Below are positions 10,231-18,957 of a stretch of 64,000 bases of DNA, piece after piece (positions within the stretch are counted from its first letter, which is position 1; each line of letters begins with the position of its first letter). The notes under the pieces were generated by a model. That model saw nothing but the letters and a program-made list of their open reading frames with translations. It made no database searches and was not told the DNA's origin. The DNA is taken from assembly GCA_963850995.1 (NCBI GenBank), contig CAWKNQ010000017.1, forward strand, positions 11,115-75,114, in the 5' to 3' direction. The translations under genes and the position numbers were made by a program. This stretch comes from an uncultured Gaiellaceae bacterium. GTDB lineage: Bacteria; Actinomycetota; Thermoleophilia; Gaiellales; Gaiellaceae.

Positions 10231-11123
10231 CTCTCCACGCTAGCGGGAGACGCCGCCGCGGCGGCCGCCGCCTGGCGCGCGCCGTTTCCACGCGCTACTC
10301 CGGTGCCGAGCGCCACCCCGGCGAGCACGAGCGCGAGGCCGGCGAGCGCGATCCCCGTCACCTGCTCGTCGAGCAGGACCGCGCCGTAGACGAGCGCGAG
10401 CGCCGGCACGAGGTACGTCACGAGCACGGCCTTCGAGGCGCCCGCGCCCGCGATCAGGCCGAAGTAGAGGAGGTAGGCGGCGCCGGTGGCGGCCAGCCCG
10501 AGGTAGAGCACTGCGAGGAGTGACTCCCAGCCGGGCACCACGGCCTGCGCGGCCCCGAGGGGAAGCGTGAAGAGCGTCGCCCAGAGGAGCGTCCCGAAGG
10601 CGACGAGGGCGGGAGAGAGGCCGTTGAAGCGGCGGCCCGCATAGAGGCCGCCGATGCCGTACAACGCCGACGCCGCGACGACCGCCAGGCCGCCGACGAC
10701 CGCGCGCTCCCCGCCGCTGAGCTCGAAGCCCACGAGGAGCACGACGCCCGCGAAGCCGAGCAGGACGCCGGCGAGCCGCAGACCGGTGACCCGCTGGCCC
10801 CGGTCGATCGACAGGGCGAAGACCGCCGTGAAGAGCGGGGCGGAGGCGTTCAGGATCGCGGCGAGGCCGGAGTCGATGTACTGCTGGCCCCACGCGATCA
10901 GGAAGAACGGCAGCGCCGTATTGACGACGCCGAGCACGGCGAGCGGGCCGGCATAGGGACGGAGGGATGCGATCCGGTGGCCGGCGAGACGGATGTAGAC
11001 GGCGAGCGTCAGCGCGCCCGTCACGATCCGGAGCAGGATCACGGTCGCGGGGGCGAGGTCGCGCAAGGCGATCTCGATGAACATGAACGACGAGCCCCAG
11101 ATCGCCGCCAGCCCGAGCAGCAT
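10227..11123 (-). CDS. EamA/DMT-family transporter (tandem paralogue of 9328..10230)
   Basis: The 298-aa ORF reads MLLGLAAIWGSSFMFIEIALRDL...FFLIAWGQQYIDSGLAAILNASAPLF. It shares the WGEQYIDSGLAA motif with its neighbour and overlaps it by 4 nt. Confidence 0.85.
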   Translation of the reverse strand: MLLGLAAIWGSSFMFIEIALRDLAPATVILLRIVTGALTLAVYIRLAGHRIASLRPYAGPLAVLGVVNTALPFFLIAWGQQYIDSGLAAILNASAPLFTAVFALSIDRGQRVTGLRLAGVLLGFAGVVLLVGFELSGGERAVVGGLAVVAASALYGIGGLYAGRRFNGLSPALVAFGTLLWATLFTLPLGAAQAVVPGWESLLAVLYLGLAATGAAYLLYFGLIAGAGASKAVLVTYLVPALALVYGAVLLDEQVTGIALAGLALVLAGVALGTGVARGNGARQAAAAAAASPASVER

Positions 11124-11198
11124 CAGAACAGTGGCGACGGCTCATGCCTTCTCCCAACGCGGCGGCCGCCGTCGTGCTTCCCGACTAGACTGAATCAC

Positions 11199-13289
11199 CT
11201 GTCGCAGCTCGCGGAACAGCCGCTGCATCGCGCATTGGGCCTCACGGACCGCGAGTTGACGCGTATCGTCGAACTGCTCGGGCGCGAGCCGAACCACTTC
11301 GAGCTGGCGGTCTTCTCGCTCCTCTGGTCGGAGCACTGCGGCTACAAGCACTCGGCCCTCCTGCTGAAACGGCTTCCCTCCTCGGGGAAACGCGTGCTGC
11401 AGGGCCCCGGTGAGAATGCGGGCGTCCTCGATCTCGGCGACGGCGAGGCAGTCTGCTTCAAGGTCGAGAGCCACAACCACCCGTCCGCGGTCGAGCCCTT
11501 CCAGGGGGCGGCGACCGGGGTCGGAGGGATCCTGCGCGACGTGATCGCGATGGGCGCGCGGCCGATCGCGCTTCTCGACGGGCTCCGCTTCGCCGACGGC
11601 GACCCGCGTTTCGACCGTGCCGTCGCCGGGATCGGCGCCTACGGGAACTCGGTCGGCGTGCCGACGGTCGGCGGCGAGGCGGTCTTCGACGACACCTACC
11701 GCGACAACGTGCTCGTGAACGCGATGTGCGTCGGCCTCCTGCCCGCCGACCGCGTGACGCGCGCCGCTGCGAGCGGCCCCGGTCGGCTCGTCGTCCTCTA
11801 CGGCGCGACGACCGGCCGCGACGGGATCGGCGGGGCCTCGGTGCTGGCGAGCCAGGAGCTGGGCGAGGAGGACGCCGACAAGCGCCCAAGCGTCCAGGTC
11901 GGCGACCCGTTCACGGGCAAGCGGCTGATCGAGGTCTCGGTCGAGCTGGTCGAGTCGGGCCTCGTCGAGTCGCTCCAGGACTGCGGCGCGGCCGGCCTTG
12001 CCTCGTCGCTCTCGGAGATGGCACGCGACTGCGGGATCGACCTGCGCCTCGACCGGGTGCCGCTCCGCGAGGAGGGGATGGAGCCGTGGGAGGTGATGAT
12101 CTCCGAGAGCCAGGAACGGATGGTCGCCGTCGTCCGCCCCGAGATGCTCGACGCGGTCCTCGCCGTCTGCGACCGGTGGGAGCTCCACCGCGCCGTCGTC
12201 GGCGAGGTCACCGACAGCGGCCTCCTGCGCGCGCTCTGGGAGGACGAGGTCGTGGGCGAGATCCCGGCGCGCCTGCTCACCGACGAGTGCCCGCGCTACA
12301 CCGTCGAGCCGAAGCCGCGCGAGGAGCCAAGTAACAGTCTGTTACTTGGTGACGGTGACCGCCCGGCCCACACCGACGCGCTGCTCGAGCTGCTCGCGTC
12401 GCCGAACGTCCGCAGCCGCGAGCCGATCTACCGCCGCTACGACCATCTCGTCGGCTCCCGGACGGTTCGCCGCCCCGGCCTCGACGCTGCGGTGCTGCGG
12501 CTGCGGCCGGGCTACCGCGGCCTCGCCGTCTCGCTCGACGGCACGGGGCGGATGGGCCGCCTCGACCCGCGCACGGGCGGCGCGCTCGCCGTGCTCGAGG
12601 CAGCCCGCAACGTCGCCTGCACCGGCGCCGAGCCGCTGGGGCTGACCGATTGCCTCAACTTCGGCAACCCGGAGAAGGGGGAGATCGCCTGGGAGCTCGG
12701 TGAGTCGATCGAGGGGATCGCAGCGGCCTGCGAGGCGCTGCGCATCCCGGTCGTCTCCGGCAACGTCTCGCTCTACAACGAGACCGACGGACGCGCGATC
12801 GACCCGACCCCGGTCGTCGGCTGCGTCGGCCTGCTCGCGGACGTGCGACAGGTGCCGGGCGCCTGGCGCGAGGGCGACGTGATCCTGCTCGCGGGCGCCT
12901 CGCCGGTCGCGCTCGCGGGCTCCGAGTACCAGGCGCGCTACGGCGAGGTCGGCGGCCGCCCGGCGCGGCTCGACCTGGCGGCCGAGGCGGCGCTCGTCGA
13001 GTTCCTCTGGCGCGCGGCGCCGCAGTGCTCGCTCGTGCACGACGTCTCGCACGGCGGCCTCGCCGTCGCTCTCGCCGAGTCGGCGCTTCACTCCGAGCTG
13101 GGCGCGGACGTCGCGCTGCCGGAGGACCCGCGCGCCTGGTTCGGCGAGGGCGGCGGCCAGGCGGTGCTCGCCTGCGGGCCCGAGGTCGCGAACCGGCTCG
13201 GCGGCGTCCCGCTCCGGCGGCTCGGGGTCGTGGGCGGCGGGCGGCTGCTCGGACACGAGCTCGACGCGCTCAGGGACGCGTACTCCTGA
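11199..13289 (+). CDS. purL: Phosphoribosylformylglycinamidine synthase subunit PurL (FGAM synthase II)
   Basis: HRALGLTDRELTRIVELLGREPNHFELAVFSLLWSEHCGYKHS...ESHNHPSAVEPFQGAATGVGGILRD...GGASVLASQE.. is diagnostic. The start is uncertain: there is no ATG/GTG near the conserved N-terminus, and the candidates are CTG 11199 and TTG 11235. Confidence 0.9.
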   Translation: MSQLAEQPLHRALGLTDRELTRIVELLGREPNHFELAVFSLLWSEHCGYKHSALLLKRLPSSGKRVLQGPGENAGVLDLGDGEAVCFKVESHNHPSAVEPFQGAATGVGGILRDVIAMGARPIALLDGLRFADGDPRFDRAVAGIGAYGNSVGVPTVGGEAVFDDTYRDNVLVNAMCVGLLPADRVTRAAASGPGRLVVLYGATTGRDGIGGASVLASQELGEEDADKRPSVQVGDPFTGKRLIEVSVELVESGLVESLQDCGAAGLASSLSEMARDCGIDLRLDRVPLREEGMEPWEVMISESQERMVAVVRPEMLDAVLAVCDRWELHRAVVGEVTDSGLLRALWEDEVVGEIPARLLTDECPRYTVEPKPREEPSNSLLLGDGDRPAHTDALLELLASPNVRSREPIYRRYDHLVGSRTVRRPGLDAAVLRLRPGYRGLAVSLDGTGRMGRLDPRTGGALAVLEAARNVACTGAEPLGLTDCLNFGNPEKGEIAWELGESIEGIAAACEALRIPVVSGNVSLYNETDGRAIDPTPVVGCVGLLADVRQVPGAWREGDVILLAGASPVALAGSEYQARYGEVGGRPARLDLAAEAALVEFLWRAAPQCSLVHDVSHGGLAVALAESALHSELGADVALPEDPRAWFGEGGGQAVLACGPEVANRLGGVPLRRLGVVGGGRLLGHELDALRDAYS
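12327..12349. repeat. 23-bp low-GC perfect palindrome CCAAGTAACAGTCTGTTACTTGG (copy 1, central T), inside purL
   Basis: Read directly from the sequence. It is translated in frame as PSNSLLLG within a variable PurL linker. Confidence 0.9.
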
Positions 13290-14674
13290 TGTGCGGCGTC
13301 TTCGGAATCCGCTCCGCCGAGCGCGACGTGGCCAGGGTCTCGTACTTCGGTCTCTTCGCGCTCCAGCACCGCGGCCAGGAGGCGGCCGGGATCGCCGTCT
13401 CCGACCGGGGCCGGTTGACGGTGCTTCGCGATCTCGGCCTCGTCGCACAGGTCTTCAACGAGGAGAAGCTGCAGGCGCTCCCGGGCGACGTCGCGATCGG
13501 GCACACCCGCTACTCGACGACGGGCTCGTCGCACTGGGCGAACGCGCAGCCGCTCGTCCACCACGGGCGCGCCCGGACGGTCGCGCTCGGACACAACGGC
13601 AACCTGACGAACACGACCGCGCTCCGCGACGAGATCGCGGCCGAGGGGATCGCGCTGGGCGCAACGTCCGACACCGAGGCGATCGCGGCGCTGATCGCGC
13701 ACGATCCCGCGCCGCTGCCGCTCGCCGTCGCGGGAACGATGGCGCGGCTCGACGGGGCCTACTCGGTGGTCGCGCTCACCGAGGGCAAGCTGGTCGGCTT
13801 CCGCGACCCGCACGGAATCAGGCCGCTCGCGCTCGGCCGGCTCGGCCAGGACTGGGTGCTCGCCTCCGAGACGTGCGCGCTCGACCTGATCGGAGCCGAC
13901 TACGCGCGCGACGTGCGTCCCGGCGAGCTGGTCGTGATCGACGAGCAGGGACTGCACGCGAGCCAGGCGCTGCCCGAGGGCAGGCAGGCGCTCTGCATCT
14001 TCGAGCACGTCTACTTCGCGCGACCCGACTCCACGCTCGCCGGAGCGGAGGTGCACGGCGTCCGCGTCCGGATGGGCGAGCGGCTCGCCGGCGAAGCGCC
14101 CGTCGAGGCCGACCTCGTCATGCCGATCCCGGATTCCGGCACGCCCGCGGCCGTCGGCTACGCCCGGGCCTCGGGGATCCCCTACAGCGAGGGCCTGATC
14201 AAGAACCGCTACGTCGGCCGCACGTTCATCGAGCCGGACGAGGACCTGCGCCGGCAGGGGATCAAGATGAAGTTCAACCCGCTCGCCGAGGTCGCGGGCA
14301 AGCGGCTCGTGATCGTCGACGACTCGATCGTCCGCGGCTCGACCATGCGTCAGCTGGTCGCGATGCTCGTCGACGCAGGCGCGGCCGAGGTGCACGTGCG
14401 CATCTCGTCGCCGCCGATCGTCTCTCCCTGCTTCTACGGGATCGACATGGCAGACGAGGCGGAGCTCGCCGCGGCACACCGCTCCGTCGAGCAGATGCGC
14501 GAGCTGATCGGTGCGACCTCGCTCCACTACCTCTCGCTCGAGGGCATGCAGTCGGCCACGCGCCTGCCCGAGCAGTCTGTCTGCCGCGCCTGCTTCACCC
14601 GTTCCTACCCGACACGCGTACCTGCGGAGCGCACCCTGGCGAAGCTCCGGTTCGAGCCGGCCTCGCGCGGGTGA
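13289..14674 (+). CDS. purF: Amidophosphoribosyltransferase
   Basis: ATG at 13289 overlaps the purL stop. MCGVFGI...FALQHRGQEAAGI...the PRPP-binding VIVDDSIVRGST motif and the C-terminal Cys cluster are present. Confidence 0.95.
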   Translation: MCGVFGIRSAERDVARVSYFGLFALQHRGQEAAGIAVSDRGRLTVLRDLGLVAQVFNEEKLQALPGDVAIGHTRYSTTGSSHWANAQPLVHHGRARTVALGHNGNLTNTTALRDEIAAEGIALGATSDTEAIAALIAHDPAPLPLAVAGTMARLDGAYSVVALTEGKLVGFRDPHGIRPLALGRLGQDWVLASETCALDLIGADYARDVRPGELVVIDEQGLHASQALPEGRQALCIFEHVYFARPDSTLAGAEVHGVRVRMGERLAGEAPVEADLVMPIPDSGTPAAVGYARASGIPYSEGLIKNRYVGRTFIEPDEDLRRQGIKMKFNPLAEVAGKRLVIVDDSIVRGSTMRQLVAMLVDAGAAEVHVRISSPPIVSPCFYGIDMADEAELAAAHRSVEQMRELIGATSLHYLSLEGMQSATRLPEQSVCRACFTRSYPTRVPAERTLAKLRFEPASRG

Positions 14675-15324
14675 AGGTCGTCTCCGTCAACGCCGGCCGC
14701 GCCGAGCTGATGCGCATCGGCGGGCGGACGATCTCGACCGGAATCCGTAAGGCGCCCGTCGAGCGCGGGTACGTGAGCGCGCTGGGGCTCGTGGGCGACG
14801 TGGTCGCCGACGAGGAGAATCACGGTGGGCCGGACCAGGCGCTCTATCTCTACAGCGCCGAGGACTACGCCTGGTGGGCGGGCGAGCTCGGCGCGTCGCC
14901 TGCCCCCGGCACCTTCGGCGAGAACCTGACCCTCTCGAGCTTCGGCCCCGGTGAGGTGCGGATCGGCGACCGTTTCCGTGTCGGCGATGCGCTCGTCGAG
15001 GCGACGGCCCCGCGCATTCCCTGCGCGACGTTCGCGACGCGGATGGACGAGCCGCAGTGGGTGAAGCGCTTCGCCGCGGCGCGCCGCCCCGGTATCTACG
15101 TGCGCGTGCTCGAGCCCGGCGAGGTCGCGGCCGGCGATCCGGTCGAGCGCGTCGACTCGTCGAACGGCCATGCCACGATCGTCGAGCTGATGGACGCGTG
15201 GTACGACGCACAGCCGCCGCCCGAGCTGCTCGAGCGACTGTTCGCCTCACCTCTCGCCCTGCGGGCCCGTGCAGGCCTCGAACGCAAGCGCCGGCGCAAC
15301 GAACGACCAGGCTCCCGCTCCTAG
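14671..15324 (+). CDS. MOSC-domain protein
   Basis: A GTG start overlaps the purF stop (GTGA). VKVVSVNAG...GLVGDVVADEENHGGPDQALYLY...PRIPCATFA...IYVRVLEPGEVAAGD is typical of the MOSC/YiiM family. Confidence 0.8.
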   Translation: MKVVSVNAGRAELMRIGGRTISTGIRKAPVERGYVSALGLVGDVVADEENHGGPDQALYLYSAEDYAWWAGELGASPAPGTFGENLTLSSFGPGEVRIGDRFRVGDALVEATAPRIPCATFATRMDEPQWVKRFAAARRPGIYVRVLEPGEVAAGDPVERVDSSNGHATIVELMDAWYDAQPPPELLERLFASPLALRARAGLERKRRRNERPGSRS

Positions 15325-15370
15325 ACTTTCGGGGGTCGTATCCGTCCGGCGCTTTCCCGATGATTTCGGC

Positions 15371-15601
15371 ATGAAGATCGTGATTCGCCACGACGAGGCG
15401 GGTCAATGGTGGTGGACGGCGCTCGGCGACACCGGCGGTGCAGCGGCGATCTCGAGGCTCTATCCCAGCCGGTGGGAATGCATGCGCGCAGTGGCGGAGC
15501 TGAAGGTGGAGGGCCCTGCCGCGGCGGTCAGCTACGAGGAGCCCTACGCGGCGAGCCCGGGCACGTGGACGATCTCGAGCTTGATGCCGTCCGGGTCGTA
15601 G
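15371..15601 (+). CDS. Small hypothetical protein (possibly YegP/DUF1508-like)
   Basis: The protein starts MKIVIRHDEAGQWWWTALGDTGGAAAISRLYPSRWECMRAVAELK. The 3' end overlaps the convergent VOC gene by 58 nt. The family call is weak. Confidence 0.4.
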   Translation: MKIVIRHDEAGQWWWTALGDTGGAAAISRLYPSRWECMRAVAELKVEGPAAAVSYEEPYAASPGTWTISSLMPSGS

Positions 15602-15975
15602 AAGAAGACCGCGTAGTAGCCGGGTGAGTAGGCGTATTCGCGCGGCGGCGTCTCGATCGTCGCGCCCGAGCCGACGAGCCAGGCGTGTCGCTCGTCGACG
15701 ACCGCGCGGGAGCCCGCCTCGAGCGCGAGATGGTGCAGCCCCACTTCGTACCGGTCGATCCCGCCGAGGCGCTGGATCGTTCGAGTACCAGGTGCCTGCC
15801 GGATCCCGATCGAGCTGCCGGGACCGCCGAAGTACCAGATCGTCTCGCCCCGCTCGCCCTCGACTTCCGAGACGCGGTGGTAGCCGAGCGGGCCGAGCAG
15901 ATCGCGGTAGAACGGCAGGCTGCGCTCGACCGAGGAGACGACCAGGTCGATGTGATGCACCCCGCTCGAGCGCAT
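15544..15975 (-). CDS. VOC/glyoxalase-family protein
   Basis: ATG at 15975. The protein reads MRSSGVHHIDLVVSSVERSLPFYRDLLGPLGY...GLHHLALEA...YYAVFFYDPDGIKLEIV. Confidence 0.75.
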   Translation of the reverse strand: MRSSGVHHIDLVVSSVERSLPFYRDLLGPLGYHRVSEVEGERGETIWYFGGPGSSIGIRQAPGTRTIQRLGGIDRYEVGLHHLALEAGSRAVVDERHAWLVGSGATIETPPREYAYSPGYYAVFFYDPDGIKLEIVHVPGLAA

Positions 15976-15988
15976 TGAGACTTGGTGT

Positions 15989-16837
15989 TCAGCGCGGCCC
16001 GGCCAGCTCCTGCGCGCGGCCGTAGCGGACGGCGCGCTGAACCGTGCGCGGGTCGAGGCCGCGCTCCAGGAGCTCCTGGCGCAACTCCCCCTCCTTCGCC
16101 AGCCGGAGGAAGAGCCACGCAAGCGCGACGATCGTGACGAGCGAGCCCTCGATCATCATCACGGCGCCGGCGAGGCCCTGGTCCTGGAGCGGCGAGACGC
16201 CCCACAGCTCCTCCCCCTCCGCGTAGACGCCGTAGAAGACGGTGCCGGACCAGACGAAGGCGTTCCCGAGAATCGTCTCGACGACGCGGACGCACGCGAT
16301 GTAGCCCAGCTTCGGCCCGGTCCCGAACCACTCCGGCGCGGGCAGCGTCTCGAGGACGGGCAGCCACATGATCACTCCGGCCGTGAAGAAGCAGATGTGC
16401 TCGAGCGCGTGGACGGTCGAGTGGCGGACGGCCGCCTCGTACAGGAGCGGCAGGTGCCAGAGATAGAGGTTGGCAGCCCAGAGCGGCAGCGCCACGAGGG
16501 GGTTGGCGAGCACACGAAGGCGCTCGACGGGGCGGAACGCGAGCAGCGGCCGCAGCATCGGCCCGGAAAGGCCGGCGAGCAGGCAGAGCGGTGCGAGATC
16601 CCCGATCACGACGTGCTGGAGCATGTGGAAGCTGAAGAGCTCCTCCTCGCCGATCGCGGCGACCGGGGAGGCGAATACGAGCAGGAGCAGGGCGATCCCG
16701 AGGCTGAAGAGAACGACCCGCCAGGTGGCCATCGGCGTCCCGCGGCGCCGGAGCGTGCGCGCCCTCAGGCCGTAGGCGAGCGCGGCGAGCACGACCGGAG
16801 CGAGCTGCAGCGGGTCGATCGTCCAGTCGGTGAGCAC
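15989..16837 (-). CDS. ctaG: Cytochrome c oxidase assembly factor CtaG (Caa3_CtaG family membrane protein)
   Basis: The 282-aa polytopic ORF carries HMLQHVVIGDLAPLCLL...LWHLP...ALEHICFFTAG, characteristic of Caa3_CtaG. Confidence 0.75.
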   Translation of the reverse strand: MLTDWTIDPLQLAPVVLAALAYGLRARTLRRRGTPMATWRVVLFSLGIALLLLVFASPVAAIGEEELFSFHMLQHVVIGDLAPLCLLAGLSGPMLRPLLAFRPVERLRVLANPLVALPLWAANLYLWHLPLLYEAAVRHSTVHALEHICFFTAGVIMWLPVLETLPAPEWFGTGPKLGYIACVRVVETILGNAFVWSGTVFYGVYAEGEELWGVSPLQDQGLAGAVMMIEGSLVTIVALAWLFLRLAKEGELRQELLERGLDPRTVQRAVRYGRAQELAGPR

Positions 16838-16874
16838 GCGCTCACTCTACGAGCCTTCGTAGAATCCGCCGCTC

Positions 16875-17486
16875 GTGCGCCTCTTCCACTACCACCTCGT
16901 CACGACCAACGTGCGCCGGGTGGAGGCGCGGTACATCGGCAAGCTCGCGTTCTCGCTCGTCGCGAGGCACGGGCGGATCGGGGAGGACTACCAGTCCTTC
17001 TCCGCCGGGACCTCATGGGAGGAGCTCGACGAGCTGGGTTTCAAGCTGCGGCTCTCCGAGCTCGAGCATGGGGCGGTCAACGTCGTCGTCCAGCCCGGTC
17101 AGTGGGAGCTGCCGCGGGTCGACCACCTCGGGCTCGCGTTGGACGAGGACGAGTTCGGTGACGTGATCGACCGCGCCGTCGACCGCGAGCTCCGGGTGCA
17201 GGCGCACGGTGGGAGGCGGACCTTCGTCTCCACGAGCGCCGGCTACCGGCTCGAGGTGCACCCGCCGCGCGAGTGGCTGAACGACCTGCTCGAGTCGGCC
17301 GACACGCTGACGCTGAGCGAGCTGCACCTGCTCGCGGACGACCCCGACGCCAAGGCGACAGTGCTCGCCGACCTGCTCGCGACCGAGCGGGACGGGACGA
17401 GCGTGGAGGTGGGCGACGCCGTCGTCCGCTTCCTGCCGGGCGGGCCGCAGGGTCGTCCGCAGCTCCACGCCGAGCTCTTCAGCTGA
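16875..17486 (+). CDS. Hypothetical protein (glyoxalase-like fold suspected)
   Basis: The 203-aa ORF begins MRLFHYHLVTTNVRRVEARYIGKL...VDHLGLALDEDEF. The family call is weak. Confidence 0.45.
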   Translation: MRLFHYHLVTTNVRRVEARYIGKLAFSLVARHGRIGEDYQSFSAGTSWEELDELGFKLRLSELEHGAVNVVVQPGQWELPRVDHLGLALDEDEFGDVIDRAVDRELRVQAHGGRRTFVSTSAGYRLEVHPPREWLNDLLESADTLTLSELHLLADDPDAKATVLADLLATERDGTSVEVGDAVVRFLPGGPQGRPQLHAELFS

Positions 17487-17523
17487 CCGGAGGCCTTCCG
17501 CGGGAGGTCGTAGACTCGCTCTC

Positions 17524-18423
17524 GTGAGCGACGACCGGACGTACGCCGCCGCCGGGGTCTCGCTTGCGACCGCCGCGGACGTCGTCGAGCGGCTCCGCGC
17601 GGCCGTCGAGTCCACGGGCGCGCGCGGCTTCGGCGCCTTCGCCGGGCTGCACCCGCTCGACGAGCGACGGCTACTCGCGGCCTCGACCGACTCGATCGGG
17701 ACGAAGCCCGTCGTCGCCCGCCCGCGCGGCGCTCTGCGGTCGTGCGGCGCCGATATGGCTGCGCACTGCATCAACGACGTGATCACGTGCGGAGCCGACC
17801 CGCTGATCCTGCTCGACTACGTCGCCGCGAGCCGGCTCGACCTCGAGCAGGTGGCGGAGCTGGTCGAGGGCGCCGCCGAGGTCTGCCGCGAGGCCGGAGT
17901 CGCGCTGATCGGAGGTGAGACCGCGGAGCTGCCGGGGGTCTATCGCGAGGGCGAGCTCGATTTCGCGGCGACCTGCGTGGGGATCGTGGAGCGAGAGCAC
18001 GTGCTCGACGGCTCGGCCGTGCGGGACGGCGACTACGTGGTCGGCTTGCCGTCGGCGGGTGTCCACGCCAACGGCTTCACGCTCGTCCGCTCCGTGCTGG
18101 AGCTGGAGGACTACGACGGGCCCGACCTACTCGCCCCGACCCGCCTCTACCTCGACGACGTCCGCCGCCTCCGCGGGACGGCGCATGCGTTCGCGCACGT
18201 CACCGGCGGCGGGATCGCGGGCAACCTCGCCCGCGTGCTGCCCGAAGGGCTCCGGGCCGAGCTCGATTGGGACGCCTGGGAGCGCCCACCGGTGTTCGAC
18301 TGGCTCGCTCGTCACGTCGACGAGGAGGAGGCGCGCCGCGTCTTCAACCTCGGGATCGGCTACTGCGCCGTCGTGCCGGAGCCCGGCGACGGGCTCGTGA
18401 TCGGCCGCATCGTCCCGGAGTGA
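17524..18423 (+). CDS. purM: Phosphoribosylformylglycinamidine cyclo-ligase (AIR synthase)
   Basis: YAAAGVS...STDSIGTK...NDVITCGADPLILLDY...IGGETAELPGVY...PSAGVHANGFTL...AHVTGGGIAGNL are PurM motifs. At 299 aa it is somewhat short. Confidence 0.9.
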   Translation: MSDDRTYAAAGVSLATAADVVERLRAAVESTGARGFGAFAGLHPLDERRLLAASTDSIGTKPVVARPRGALRSCGADMAAHCINDVITCGADPLILLDYVAASRLDLEQVAELVEGAAEVCREAGVALIGGETAELPGVYREGELDFAATCVGIVEREHVLDGSAVRDGDYVVGLPSAGVHANGFTLVRSVLELEDYDGPDLLAPTRLYLDDVRRLRGTAHAFAHVTGGGIAGNLARVLPEGLRAELDWDAWERPPVFDWLARHVDEEEARRVFNLGIGYCAVVPEPGDGLVIGRIVPE

Positions 18424-18957
18424 TCGGTGTTCTGGTCAGTGGGGAGGGCTCGAACCTGCAGGCGCTGCTCGACAAGCGGGCTTCCCGTGCGCGCCGTCGC
18501 CTCGAACGACCCCGGCGTCCGCGCGCTCGAGCGCGCGGAGCGCGCAGGGGTTGCGGCGCGCGTCTTCGAGCTCGACGGCTATCGCAAGCTCGGGACGGCG
18601 CGCGACACCGCCATGGCCGACTGGCTCGACGCCGAGGGTGTCGAACTCGTCGTCTGCGCAGGCTACATGCACCTGCTCACCGCGGCCTTCCTCGACCGCT
18701 TCCCCGGTCGGATCGTGAACGTGCACCCGTCGCTCCTGCCCGCCTTTCCGGGCGCGCACCCGATCGAGGACGCGCTTGCCGCAGGTGTCGAGACGACAGG
18801 CGTGACCGTCCACGTCGTCGACGAAGGGCTCGACACGGGCCCTGTCCTGCGCCAGGAGCCGCTTCCGGTCGAGCCGCGCGAGACGCTCGTCGAGCGCATC
18901 CACGCCGTCGAGCACCGGCTCCTGCCCGAGGTGGTGAGAGAGCTGTGCGCGCGCTGA
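18420..18957 (+). CDS. purN: Phosphoribosylglycinamide formyltransferase, interrupted by a 1-nt frameshift at the GGG run 18478-18480
   Basis: The N-terminal VIGVLVSGEGSNLQALLDKR starts at a GTG at 18420 that overlaps the purM stop. The remainder, LPVRAVASNDPG...NVHPSLLPAFPG...TGVTVHVVDEGLDTGP, is in the +1 frame (ORF 18427..18957). Confidence 0.8.

Noticed and set aside
11124-11198. Riboswitch or leader upstream of the purine genes (purine or ZTP class), upstream of the CBS gene (SAM) and upstream of purM
   Set aside because: The intergenic regions are short (12-75 nt) and I could not find the conserved cores of the ZTP/pfl, purine or SAM-I/IV motifs by eye. A covariance-model scan would be needed to be certain.
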